Positions 8,071 through 16,842 of a stretch of DNA of 64,000 nt are shown here, in pieces. This DNA is from Acidobacteriota bacterium (GTDB lineage: Bacteria > Acidobacteriota > Vicinamibacteria > Vicinamibacterales > UBA2999): the NCBI GenBank assembly GCA_030697165.1, contig JAUYQQ010000015.1, positions 292,645-356,644 of the forward strand, given 5' to 3'. Made by a program: the position numbers and the translations under genes. The notes below the pieces were generated by a model that was given only the letters and a program-made list of their open reading frames with translations, ran no database searches and was not told the origin of the DNA. Numbering within the stretch: the first letter of the stretch is position 1; the number at the start of each line of letters is the position of its first letter.

Positions 8071-8877
8071 ATGCGTTCATCACGTGTCCTGCTCGCCATC
8101 GTCGCCGCCGTCGCCCTTACTGGTTGCATCAACAGCACGACGTTGATCAAGGTCAATGCCGACGGGAGTGGCACCGTGGAGCAAACCACGCTGATGAACA
8201 TGGCGGCGATCAAGAGCATGATGCCCGGCGCCGAGAAGCAAATGGGCGGCGCCGTGGTCAACAAGGCCGACCTCGAACGCACGGCGGCGCGCATGGGCAA
8301 GGGCGTGCGGCTGGTGTCGGCCGACCCGGCCAAGGGCGCCAACGGCTGGGAGGGCTCGAAGGCGATCTTCGGGTTCGACGACATCAACCAGGTGCAGGTG
8401 AGCACCGGGCCCAGCATGAGCGGGGGGACCAGCGACCGCATGGGCTCGGAACCCACCAGCCAGGATCCCGTGCGGTTTACGCTGACCCGCGCCGGCGGCA
8501 CGTCAACGCTGACCATCGCGTTCGTCGACAAGCCGGCGGGCGACAAACCCGACAGCAGCGCCAACCCCATGGGCGACATGGATCTCACGAACCCGATGAT
8601 GATGGGCATGCTCAAGAGCATGTTCGGCGGTTTCAAGCTCAACATCGATCTCGAGGTGGCCGGCGCGATCGTCAAGACCAACGCCGAGTACGTCACCGGC
8701 TCGCGCCTGACGCTGCTTGAAATGGACATGGACTCGCTGCTCGCAGACGAGGCGAAGCTCAAGGCCCTGCAAGGTCAGATCGGATCCGAGCCGTCGCTCT
8801 CGGCGATCAAGCCGTTCCTGAAGGACATCAAGGGCATCAAGATCGACGGCCCGACGATCAACGTGATGTTCAGGTAA
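8071..8877 (+). CDS. Hypothetical lipoprotein
   Basis: 268-aa ORF with a lipobox (LAIVAAVALTGC). It is Met-, Gly- and Asp-rich, and no family was recognised. Confidence 0.6.
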   Translation: MRSSRVLLAIVAAVALTGCINSTTLIKVNADGSGTVEQTTLMNMAAIKSMMPGAEKQMGGAVVNKADLERTAARMGKGVRLVSADPAKGANGWEGSKAIFGFDDINQVQVSTGPSMSGGTSDRMGSEPTSQDPVRFTLTRAGGTSTLTIAFVDKPAGDKPDSSANPMGDMDLTNPMMMGMLKSMFGGFKLNIDLEVAGAIVKTNAEYVTGSRLTLLEMDMDSLLADEAKLKALQGQIGSEPSLSAIKPFLKDIKGIKIDGPTINVMFR

Positions 8878-8880
8878 GAG

Positions 8881-8910
8881 ATAGGGTGCCTAAGGTGCCT
8901 AGGGCCTAAG
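8881..8910. repeat. Tandem 9-mer GGTGCCTAR x3 (ATAGGGTGCCTAAGGTGCCTAGGGCCTAAG)
   Basis: Read directly, immediately 3' of the TAA stop at 8875-8877. An inverted near-copy lies at 10061-10084. Confidence 0.8.
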
Positions 8911-8925
8911 CGAACGGGAATTCGG

Positions 8926-10056
8926 CTACGCAAAGCACAGCAAGCGGCCCGCGGTCGAGCCGATGACCAGGCGGCCCGAGGCGAGCGCCGGGGACGCGCT
9001 GAGGGCGGCGCCTTCATCGTGTTGCCACACCACCTTGCCGCTGGCGAGATCGAACGCATACAGGCGGCCGTCGTTCGAGCCCACGTAGACGCGGCCACCG
9101 GCAATCGCCGGCGACGAGTCAATGCGGGCACGGGTCATGTGCGTCCAGCGCGCCTGGCCGGTCTTCGCGTCGAGGGCGTGGACCATGCGGTCGCGGCCGC
9201 CGATGACGACCGTGCCATCCACCACCGCGGCCGACGAGTAGAACGGGAACTTGCGGTCGGGATGCTCGTAGCGCCACAGCACCTTGCGCGAGGCCAGGTC
9301 GAGCGCGAGCACCTGGTTGTCGAACGTCCCGAAATACGCAACGCCGTTGACCATGGCGACTGACGCGCCGGTATACGCCGTGGCCGAGGTATTCAGCCGC
9401 TCCTTGCCGGTCTTCACGTCCACCGCGTGGAAAATCTCGTCGCAGCCGGCAAAGTGCGCGACGCCGTTGACGATGCACGGCGTGCCGTGGACGTAGTTCT
9501 CGGTGCCGTACACCCACACCTGCTTGCCGGTCGCGGCGTTCAGGCCGTAGAGCTTGCCGTCGTACGATCCCATCAACAGCAGATCGCCCACCACGACCGG
9601 CGATGACTTGATCTCGGACTGCGTCTTGAAGGTCCACGCCGGCTTGCCGTCGGCGATGTTCACGGCGTGCACCACGCCGATCAGGTCGCCGATGTAGACG
9701 CGGCCGTTGGCGACCGTCGGCGACGATTCGCCAATGGCTTCGCCGGCCTTGTACCGCCAGCGCAGCTTGCCGTCAGCCAGCCCCACCGCGATGAGCTCGC
9801 CGGTCGCGGTGCCGACGTAGACCACGCCGTCGACAATCGCCGCCGACGAATCAAACGCCTCGCCGCCCTCCCACGCCCACGCCAGCTTCGGCGCCGGCGC
9901 GATGGTGGTGGCCGAGATACCGGTCAGCGTTGGGGAGCCGCGAAACTGGACCCAGCGATCCGCAGGGGCACTGGCGGGCGCCTGCATCGCCTGCGCCAAT
10001 AATCGCGGCGCCGTTGCCAGCGCCGCGCACGACAGCAGGAACTCTCGACGTCTCAT
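8926..10056 (-). CDS. PQQ-like (BamB/YVTN-type) beta-propeller repeat protein with a Tat-type signal
   Basis: 376-aa ORF. It has a twin-arginine N-terminus (MRRREFLLSCAALATAPRLLAQA) and repeated blade motifs of the form ...GxVYVG..DGxLxAxDxxTGKxxW. Confidence 0.7.
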   Translation of the reverse strand: MRRREFLLSCAALATAPRLLAQAMQAPASAPADRWVQFRGSPTLTGISATTIAPAPKLAWAWEGGEAFDSSAAIVDGVVYVGTATGELIAVGLADGKLRWRYKAGEAIGESSPTVANGRVYIGDLIGVVHAVNIADGKPAWTFKTQSEIKSSPVVVGDLLLMGSYDGKLYGLNAATGKQVWVYGTENYVHGTPCIVNGVAHFAGCDEIFHAVDVKTGKERLNTSATAYTGASVAMVNGVAYFGTFDNQVLALDLASRKVLWRYEHPDRKFPFYSSAAVVDGTVVIGGRDRMVHALDAKTGQARWTHMTRARIDSSPAIAGGRVYVGSNDGRLYAFDLASGKVVWQHDEGAALSASPALASGRLVIGSTAGRLLCFA

Positions 10057-10060
10057 CGCA

Positions 10061-10084
10061 CCGTAGGCACGTTAGGCACCCTAT
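10061..10084. repeat. Inverted copy of the GGTGCCTAR 9-mer motif
   Basis: The reverse complement ATAGGGTGCCTAACGTGCCTACGG matches 8881-8904 at 22/24 positions. It overlaps the TAG stop of 10081..11505. Confidence 0.8.
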
Positions 10085-11505
10085 TTCTTCAGCTGCGCGC
10101 CTTCAGACAGCGCGTAGAGCTGGTTGCGGTTCATGATGAACAGGGCGCCGTTGGCCGGCACCGCGGTCGCATAGACGGAACTGCCCATGTTCATCTCCGA
10201 CACCAGCTTGAACGTCTTGCTGTGCTCCATGACCGCGACGTCGCCGTCCTCGTCACCCAGGTAGACCTTGTCGCCGATGATCATCGGCGAGCCCCAGATG
10301 GCCGCGAACATGTCGTGGGTCCAGTACGGCTTGCCGGTCTTCAGATCGAGGCAGTGCAGGAAGCCGCTGAAGTCGGCCAGGTAGATCAGGCCGTCCTTGA
10401 TCGCGGCGGTCGAAATCGACCGGCGAATCTTGTCGAAGTGCCAAATCACGCCGGCGGTGGTGATGTCGCCGCGCTTGGTGCCGTCAATGGCATAGGCATG
10501 GCCGATGCCTTCGCCGTGCTCCGGGTCCTGTCCGTTCGAGATGTAGACCACGTTGTCGAAGATGACCGGGGTGCTGATGACTTCGTTGCGGGTCTTCGGC
10601 CACACCGAGTCCTTCGGATTGGTGTCGAACTCCCATAACTTCTTGCCGCTCTGCGCCTCGTAACCGCGCACCCAGCCGTCGCCCTGCGCATGCACGACCT
10701 GGCGCACGCCGCCGATGTCGCCGACCGCGGGCGTCGACCACTGGCCATGCAGCACGTTCTCGCCGACCGAGTTGTCTTCCCACACCAGCTTGCCGGTCGT
10801 GCGGTCAAGCGCGATGATCGACGGCGCCTTGGGCGAGGGCACGTTGACGTGGCTTTCGTCCTGGCCGTTGCCGGTGCTGCAGTACAGCAGGTTGTGGTCG
10901 TGGACCGGAGAGCAGTTCGCCAGGTTGTGAGGAAACGCGCCGACCTCCTCCATCATGTCGAATATCCACAGGATGTCGGGGTCGTGCTTGCCGGTGAGCT
11001 TCTCTTCCTTGTAGGGGCCGTCGTTCTCGTTGTCGTGGAAGCCCTGCAGATCAGCGGCGACAATCTGGCCACGGTTCGACGTGAAATACGCCACGCCGTC
11101 GATGATCAGCGGCGAGCTGGCAATCCCCTGGAACGGCCAGTCGTTGGCACGGCCGGCCGCCAGCTTCTCGAAAGTCGCCTGCCACATGAACTCGCCGGTG
11201 GTTTCGCGAAACGCCATCAGGACGCCGCGGTCGCCGCCCTGCTTGGGATCGCGCAGCGCTTCATTGTTGGTGCCAACCAGCACGACGCCGCCGCCCACGG
11301 TAGGGTTGCCGTACGACTGCGAGCCGAGTTCGGCCACCCACTTCACGTTCTTGCCGGTCTTGACGTCCCAGGTCGTGGGCAGGCCGGTCATGGGCGACAT
11401 CATGTTGCGGCTGGGCGTGCCGCCCCACATCGGCCAATCGGTGGCCGACACGCCGACGGTGGTGGCCGCAAGAAAGACGACGATGGCTGACGTACGTTTC
11501 ATCAT
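10081..11505 (-). CDS. PQQ-like beta-propeller repeat protein (secreted)
   Basis: 474-aa ORF with a signal peptide and repeated blade motifs (GxxYxxSxxGxxxAxDxxTGKxxW). Its start overlaps the upstream stop (ATGA). Confidence 0.7.
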   Translation of the reverse strand: MMKRTSAIVVFLAATTVGVSATDWPMWGGTPSRNMMSPMTGLPTTWDVKTGKNVKWVAELGSQSYGNPTVGGGVVLVGTNNEALRDPKQGGDRGVLMAFRETTGEFMWQATFEKLAAGRANDWPFQGIASSPLIIDGVAYFTSNRGQIVAADLQGFHDNENDGPYKEEKLTGKHDPDILWIFDMMEEVGAFPHNLANCSPVHDHNLLYCSTGNGQDESHVNVPSPKAPSIIALDRTTGKLVWEDNSVGENVLHGQWSTPAVGDIGGVRQVVHAQGDGWVRGYEAQSGKKLWEFDTNPKDSVWPKTRNEVISTPVIFDNVVYISNGQDPEHGEGIGHAYAIDGTKRGDITTAGVIWHFDKIRRSISTAAIKDGLIYLADFSGFLHCLDLKTGKPYWTHDMFAAIWGSPMIIGDKVYLGDEDGDVAVMEHSKTFKLVSEMNMGSSVYATAVPANGALFIMNRNQLYALSEGAQLKK

Positions 11506-13745
11506 TGGCTCTTGTAAACCTTCACGTTGTCGAAATAGACATCCGAGATGCCGTCGGCGTAAATGCCGGGGCTTCCGGCCCGATGCGGAATCTGGTCGAT
11601 CTTCTCAATCGTCCACGCCGCCGGCTCGGCGTCGGCTGCCGGCCACACCTTGCCGCGCACGCGGGCCGTGCCGTCGGGGAGGTGATCGACGCGCAGCTTC
11701 ATGCGGTACCACTTGTCGGCGTCCCACGCGAACGGTACCCGCACGGTCATTTCGTCGGCCGCCTGCCATGGGTGGAGTTCCAGCTTCTGGCCGTTGCCGA
11801 ACAGCACCAGTCCGTAGTGCTCGTTGAACAGCCCGAGGTCGCCGCGCTGGCGGCGCTGTTCGCGCGTCTGCACGTCGGCCTCGACGGTGTAGCCGGCCAG
11901 GTTCGGCTGGCCAAAATAGACCTTGGCGCGGCGGCCGACGGTCTCGTCGCGCGGACGCATCAGCACCTTGCCGACGCCCTCAACCGTGCGCTGGAACACC
12001 TTGCCGGGCGCACCCACCCACCACGCGGGCGGCGCTTCGGCGGTCGCGTCCTCGAAGTCCCAGCTCCACGGCATCGGTTCGATCACGCGCACGCGCGCCG
12101 TGCCGCTGATGCCGCCGACCGTGGCCTTGACCACACCGGCCGTCGAACCGGTCTTGGCCGCCGTATAAGTGCCCTTCGCGTCGACCGCCCCCGTCAGCTG
12201 CTCGACGCTCCACTCGGCCGCCGGCTCCTCGCGAATGAAGTTGCCCTTGGCGTCGAACAGCCGCGCCGTGAGCGTGGCCGTCTGCCCCGGCGACAACAGC
12301 GTCTCGTACGGGAACACCTGCACCACCGCGGGGGCGTCCGCCTCCCCTCGCGCAGGCTCTGGCGAGCTACGGCGAGACCCCGCCGTAGCGGCCTCCGGCC
12401 GCGAAGGCGGGGCCGCCGGACGAGGCACTCGCTTGCCGATGGCGTACATGGCATCCATCGTCGTCACGTAGATGCGGCCGTCGGCGGCAATCGGCGAGGC
12501 AACGATCGGCTCCGGTGTGGTCGCCGTCCCCAGCGCGTCCTCGTCCAGCACCTCGACGCCGGTGGCGCTCGGCCGCAGGATGTAGAACTTGCCGTTCTCG
12601 GTGCCGACATACAACTTGCCGTCGGCCAGCAGCGGCGACCCCTTCTGCAGCGTGCCGAGCGACTTCTCCCACAGCTTCGCGCCGGTCTTGAGGTCGAACG
12701 CGCCGACGATGGCGCTGTTGTCGACCGTGTAGAGACGCTCGGCATCGAACACCGGGGAGGCAAAGCTTGGGAGGAAGCCGCGCGTCCGCCACTTGTACAC
12801 GTCTGGCGTCAGCACGCCGGTCTTGGTCGCGTCGATCGCGGCAATCATCCCCATCTCGGTGGTGTCGAGGTTTTCTTCACCATGGGTGAGGTAGACGACG
12901 TTGTCGCGGAACAACGGGCTATTCAGGATCGCCCGCTTGCTGACATCGAGCGACCAGATCCGCTCGCCGGTGTTCAGCTTGAGCGCGTGGTAGCCGCCGT
13001 CGGTGCCGCCGACGATCAGCGCGCGCGTGCCGTCAATGGTGTGGACAATCGGCGTCGAGTAGTTGGTGTCGTAGTGGCGCTGCTGCGGCGAGGCAATCCA
13101 CACCGTTTGTCCGGTCTTCTTGTCGAACGCAAAGAACCGGTTGCCGGTGCGACTGAGGTCGCCCCAGGCCATTACCAGCGCGTTCAGGATCACCTTGTCG
13201 CCTTCGACGATCGGCGACACCGTCCGGCCGCCGTGCGTCGTGACGGCGCCGTACTCGTCCGGCAGTGAGCGATCCCACAGGATCTTGCCGTCGGGCGCGA
13301 GGCAGACGAGCTGGGCCGACACCGTGAACAGGTAGATGTTGCCGGTTTCCGGGTCCACCGCCGGCGACGCCCACGACGAGCGGTGTTGCGGCACGTCGCT
13401 CAAGTACTGGCTGAAGCGCCGTTCCCACACGATCTTGCCGGTCTCGGCGTCGAGCGCCACCAGCCGTTCCTGGGTACTCGCGGGATCGCCGGTCGGCGTA
13501 TTGAGATAGATCCGGTCCCCGAACACCACCGGCGCCGAGCGGCTGCCGATCGGAATGCGCCACGCCAGGTTGTCGCCCGACGGCGACCACTGCGACGGCA
13601 GGTTGGTCTCGGTGGAGCGGCCATCGCGCCCAGGCCCGCGCCATTCCGGCCAGTTGGCGGCGCCGGTGACGGCAATGGTCCCGGCCACGAACGCGGCCAC
13701 CAGGCCGGCCCGGCGCAGGTTGGATGGCATGAATGCGGGATACAT
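11502..13745 (-). CDS. Multidomain PQQ-like beta-propeller protein with a C-terminal Ig-like domain and a concanavalin/DUF1080-like domain
   Basis: The ORF extends to a GTG at 13793, but that extension spans a perfect hairpin. An ATG at 13745 or 13730 (MPSNLRRAGLVAAFVAG signal) is more plausible. The propeller is in the N-terminal ~450 aa. The C-terminal ~200 aa (WSWDFED...YFDNVKVYK) resembles a DUF1080/LamG-type domain. Confidence 0.65.
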   Translation of the reverse strand: MYPAFMPSNLRRAGLVAAFVAGTIAVTGAANWPEWRGPGRDGRSTETNLPSQWSPSGDNLAWRIPIGSRSAPVVFGDRIYLNTPTGDPASTQERLVALDAETGKIVWERRFSQYLSDVPQHRSSWASPAVDPETGNIYLFTVSAQLVCLAPDGKILWDRSLPDEYGAVTTHGGRTVSPIVEGDKVILNALVMAWGDLSRTGNRFFAFDKKTGQTVWIASPQQRHYDTNYSTPIVHTIDGTRALIVGGTDGGYHALKLNTGERIWSLDVSKRAILNSPLFRDNVVYLTHGEENLDTTEMGMIAAIDATKTGVLTPDVYKWRTRGFLPSFASPVFDAERLYTVDNSAIVGAFDLKTGAKLWEKSLGTLQKGSPLLADGKLYVGTENGKFYILRPSATGVEVLDEDALGTATTPEPIVASPIAADGRIYVTTMDAMYAIGKRVPRPAAPPSRPEAATAGSRRSSPEPARGEADAPAVVQVFPYETLLSPGQTATLTARLFDAKGNFIREEPAAEWSVEQLTGAVDAKGTYTAAKTGSTAGVVKATVGGISGTARVRVIEPMPWSWDFEDATAEAPPAWWVGAPGKVFQRTVEGVGKVLMRPRDETVGRRAKVYFGQPNLAGYTVEADVQTREQRRQRGDLGLFNEHYGLVLFGNGQKLELHPWQAADEMTVRVPFAWDADKWYRMKLRVDHLPDGTARVRGKVWPAADAEPAAWTIEKIDQIPHRAGSPGIYADGISDVYFDNVKVYKSQ

Positions 13746-13769
13746 GATTGGCTTACGCAATCCTTTCAC

Positions 13770-13790
13770 AGGCCGTTTACGAAACGGCCT
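13770..13790 (-). promoter_or_regulatory. Perfect 9-bp hairpin (AGGCCGTTT-NNN-AAACGGCCT) in the leader of the propeller operon
   Basis: aggccgttt-acg-aaacggcct, read directly, 25 nt upstream (minus sense) of the ATG at 13745. Confidence 0.4.
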
Positions 13791-13889
13791 CACCTTCGAA
13801 TGCTATCCGGTTCACATCCCGGCGCGACCTGCCTTTCAGAGCGTGTAAAACTGGGGTGGGCCGAAAAAACCCTTAAGCTGGGTGTAGGA

Positions 13890-13919
13890 TGGACAAATAA
13901 TACCTTAGTGTCGTATATT
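13890..13919 (+). promoter_or_regulatory. Candidate sigma70-type promoter for the plus arm of the polysaccharide locus
   Basis: TGGACA, an 18-nt spacer, then TATATT, inside the visibly AT-richer 13794-14020 gap and ~100 nt upstream of the ATG at 14021. Pattern match only. Confidence 0.25.
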
Positions 13920-14020
13920 GTCATACAGGCTACCGGAGTCAATCGCGCATCCGATACAGAGAGTAAGTCACTATAGTTGCAGTGGTGACCGGTGTCGGTC
14001 AGCGGCGGGAGTAACACCGA

Positions 14021-14587
14021 ATGAAAAAGCACATATTCGCGGTCATTTGCGGCGCCGTTGCCATCAGTGCCGTCGCGGCCAGCGCGCAGCAATCTGGTGT
14101 CGCGACGCTTGTGCCACGCGGGCAGGCCTTGAAGTTTGCCGAGCCCTGGCGGCCGAACGGCGCCAGCGGGGCCACGCGCGTCATTGGCACCGTGATTGAC
14201 ATCCAGCAAACGCCCGTCGCCGGGGCCAGGCTGCGCTTGCGCAACCTCGCCACCGGCGCCATCGACGACACTGTGGAGTCGAACGCAAACGGCGAGTACG
14301 CGTTCGAAATTGACAGCTCCGGCGCCTACGTCGTCGAAATGGTGCTCGTCGACGGCTATATTCTCTCGCTCAGCAACGCCGGCTCGGTGGCGCGCTTCGA
14401 GACGCTGCAGACGGTCATTCAATTGCCGGGGCGGTGGGATGCGGGGCGTAACAACATGACGATGCAGCAGGGCTTCGGCGGATTTCTCGGCATGAGCGCC
14501 GCGACCAGCATGACCAACGGCACCCTGTCGCTCGCCCTCCAGGAAGGCGTGTCGACCGTGGCTTCCAGAGAACCGGTTTCGCCGTAA
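14021..14587 (+). CDS. Secreted protein with a carboxypeptidase-regulatory-like (CarboxypepD_reg) beta-sandwich domain
   Basis: 188-aa ORF with a signal peptide (AVICGAVAISAVAASAQQ). The segment GTVIDIQQTPVAGARLRLRNLATGAIDDTVESNANGEYAFE matches the CarboxypepD_reg pattern. Confidence 0.55.
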   Translation: MKKHIFAVICGAVAISAVAASAQQSGVATLVPRGQALKFAEPWRPNGASGATRVIGTVIDIQQTPVAGARLRLRNLATGAIDDTVESNANGEYAFEIDSSGAYVVEMVLVDGYILSLSNAGSVARFETLQTVIQLPGRWDAGRNNMTMQQGFGGFLGMSAATSMTNGTLSLALQEGVSTVASREPVSP

Positions 14588-14601
14588 GCCGTCGTTGCAT
14601 C

Positions 14602-16839
14602 ATGTCTGACGAAACAACCACACCTCGACCGACGCCGCCCGAGTTGGGCGACAACTCGTCGGCGGGCCCGGATTCGCACCTCTTCGATCGCCTGTCGGTG
14701 CTTTACAAGTACCGGTGGGCCAGCCTTACCGTGTTCGCACTGGTCGTCGGCTGGGTCATGGTCGACAGTTACACGCGCATCCCCGTCTACCGGGCGCTGG
14801 CGCGGGTGCTGATCGAGGATCCCAACACCGACATCACGACGCCCTCGGAAATCAGTCGCAATATTTCCCTTGCCGACCCTGAGATCTACGTGCAGACGCA
14901 GCTGCGTATCATGCGCGGCCGGGACTTGGCAAGCCGTGTGGCAGTCAAGCTCGACATGCAGCGCGTGCCGGAGTTCAACGGCCAGGGCCCCAAACCGACG
15001 CAGTTGGCGGTGGGCATTGCGCTCGTCAAGCATTACGCCGCCTGGCCGTACCGCCTCATCACGTCCAGCTCAATCGGGCCACCGGCGCCACTGGGTGACC
15101 TGAACGCCGATGCGTCGAGCTACCCCGACGCGTTGCTCAGCCGACAGAGTGTGGCGCCGGTCCGCGGCAGCCAGTTGGTGGACATCATGTTCGACGCCGC
15201 CGACCCGGCCTTCGCGGCGAGCGCCGCCAACGCCTTTGCCGACGAGTTTGTCACCAGCAATCTTGAGTACAAGGTCTCGACGCTCGAGAAGAGCGCGGAC
15301 TGGCTGACCGGCGAAGTCAGGAAGCAGGCCGAGTTGGTGAAGCAGAGCGAGATGGCCCTCGCGCAGTACAAGGAAACCGAAGACGCCGGGTCGCTCGACA
15401 GCAACCAGAACATCATCCTGGCCCGGCTGACGCAGTCGAACGAGGCGGTGACCAGGGCGCGGCTCGAGCGCATCCAGAAGGAGGGCCTGTGGCGGCAACT
15501 CCAGGATGCCGGGACCGATGTCGACTCGATTTCGTCGGTGCTGAACAACACCTACATTCAGAGCCTGCGCGCCTCGGTCAACACGCTGCAACAGGATCGC
15601 TCGCGCGCGGCCGAACGCTACGGCGAGAAGCATCCGGACTACCAGAAGGCGGTCACTGCCCTGGCCAACGCCGAACGGACGCTGGACGGCGAAATTCGCA
15701 AGGCGGTCCAGAACGCCAAGAACGAGTTCGACGCGGCGGTGACGCAGGAGCGCGAACTGCAGCGGCAGCTGAACGAGTCGAAGGTCGCGGCGACCGAGCT
15801 CGGCCGCAAGGGCGTCAACTACGCGGTGCTGTCGCGTGAGGCGGAGTCGAACCGCACGGTCTACAACCAGCTGCTGACGCGCGAAAAGGAATTGCGGGTC
15901 GTCGCCAACAGCCGGACCAACAACGTGCGCGTGGTTGACCGCGCCGAGATTCCGGCCGTGCCGTTCGCGCCGAACCACCGCCGCGACTGGCTCTACGCGA
16001 TCGCGCTCGGCCTCGCCTTAGGGCTGGGCATTGCTTTCGGCATCGACTACCTGGACGACACCGTCAAGACGCCCGACGACATCACCCGTCGCCTGCGGCT
16101 CAAGTTCCTCGGCCTGGTGCCGATCGTCGCGGGCGAGCGTCACCCGCTAATCTCGGGCCCGGTGCCGCACGACTTCGGCGAAGCCTACCGCGCCATTCGC
16201 ACGTCACTGACGGCGCAGTTCACGCACGACGGTCCGCGCGTGGTCGCGGTCGCCAGTTCGCAGCCGCTCGAGGGCAAGACGACGACCGCGGTGAACATCG
16301 CCATGGCGCTGGCGGTCGGCGGCGCCCGCGTGCTGCTGATCGATGCCGACATGCGACGGCCCAGCGTCCACAAGGCGCTGCGCATGACCAACGATCGCGG
16401 TCTGTCGCAGTTGCTGGCCGGACAGGCCCGCATGCGCGAAGTCGTCCAGCGCACCCACGACCCGAACCTGCTGACCATCACCGCCGGGCGCACGCCCGCC
16501 AACCCGTCGGAACTACTGGCGTCGGACCGCATGCGCGCCTTGCTCACCGGTCTCGAAACCGGCCCATTCGACTGGATCGTCATCGATACGCCGCCGGTAC
16601 TGGCGGTCACCGATGCCGTCATCCTTGCCCCGCTCGTCGGCGCCATGGTCTTCGTGATCGGCGCGGAAATGACGCGCTGGCGACTGGCCGAACGCGCGGT
16701 CGAGACCCTGCTCGGCAGCAATCCGCGCCAGGTGCTCGCGGTGCTGAACAAGGTCAACTTCGGACGCAACAAGTACTACTACTCGCGCTACTACGGCCAC
16801 CAGTACAAGAACTATTACGCAGAATCGCCGGCGGCCTGA
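14602..16839 (+). CDS. wzc: Polysaccharide co-polymerase / tyrosine autokinase (PCP-2a, Wzc/GumC-like)
   Basis: 745 aa. It has an N-terminal Wzz-type TM plus a coiled-coil periplasmic region. The C-terminal BY-kinase has Walker A (EGKTTT), A' (LLIDADMRRP) and B (DWIVIDTPP) motifs and a Tyr-rich tail (YYYSRYYGHQYKNYY). Confidence 0.9.
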   Translation: MSDETTTPRPTPPELGDNSSAGPDSHLFDRLSVLYKYRWASLTVFALVVGWVMVDSYTRIPVYRALARVLIEDPNTDITTPSEISRNISLADPEIYVQTQLRIMRGRDLASRVAVKLDMQRVPEFNGQGPKPTQLAVGIALVKHYAAWPYRLITSSSIGPPAPLGDLNADASSYPDALLSRQSVAPVRGSQLVDIMFDAADPAFAASAANAFADEFVTSNLEYKVSTLEKSADWLTGEVRKQAELVKQSEMALAQYKETEDAGSLDSNQNIILARLTQSNEAVTRARLERIQKEGLWRQLQDAGTDVDSISSVLNNTYIQSLRASVNTLQQDRSRAAERYGEKHPDYQKAVTALANAERTLDGEIRKAVQNAKNEFDAAVTQERELQRQLNESKVAATELGRKGVNYAVLSREAESNRTVYNQLLTREKELRVVANSRTNNVRVVDRAEIPAVPFAPNHRRDWLYAIALGLALGLGIAFGIDYLDDTVKTPDDITRRLRLKFLGLVPIVAGERHPLISGPVPHDFGEAYRAIRTSLTAQFTHDGPRVVAVASSQPLEGKTTTAVNIAMALAVGGARVLLIDADMRRPSVHKALRMTNDRGLSQLLAGQARMREVVQRTHDPNLLTITAGRTPANPSELLASDRMRALLTGLETGPFDWIVIDTPPVLAVTDAVILAPLVGAMVFVIGAEMTRWRLAERAVETLLGSNPRQVLAVLNKVNFGRNKYYYSRYYGHQYKNYYAESPAA

Positions 16840-16842
16840 TCC

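Noticed and set aside
8926-13793. PQQ-dependent dehydrogenase operon.
   Set aside because: Only generic propeller repeats were recognised. There are no adjacent pqq biosynthesis genes or dedicated cytochrome, so they were called PQQ-like/BamB-like repeat proteins rather than quinoproteins.
14021-14587. Possible PEP-CTERM/exosortase substrate (C-terminus ...REPVSP), and an exosortase-type EPS locus.
   Set aside because: No TM helix or basic tail follows the motif, and no exosortase (EpsH/XrtA) gene is recognisable in the window. The AsnB, barrel and OPX genes are compatible with such loci but are not diagnostic.
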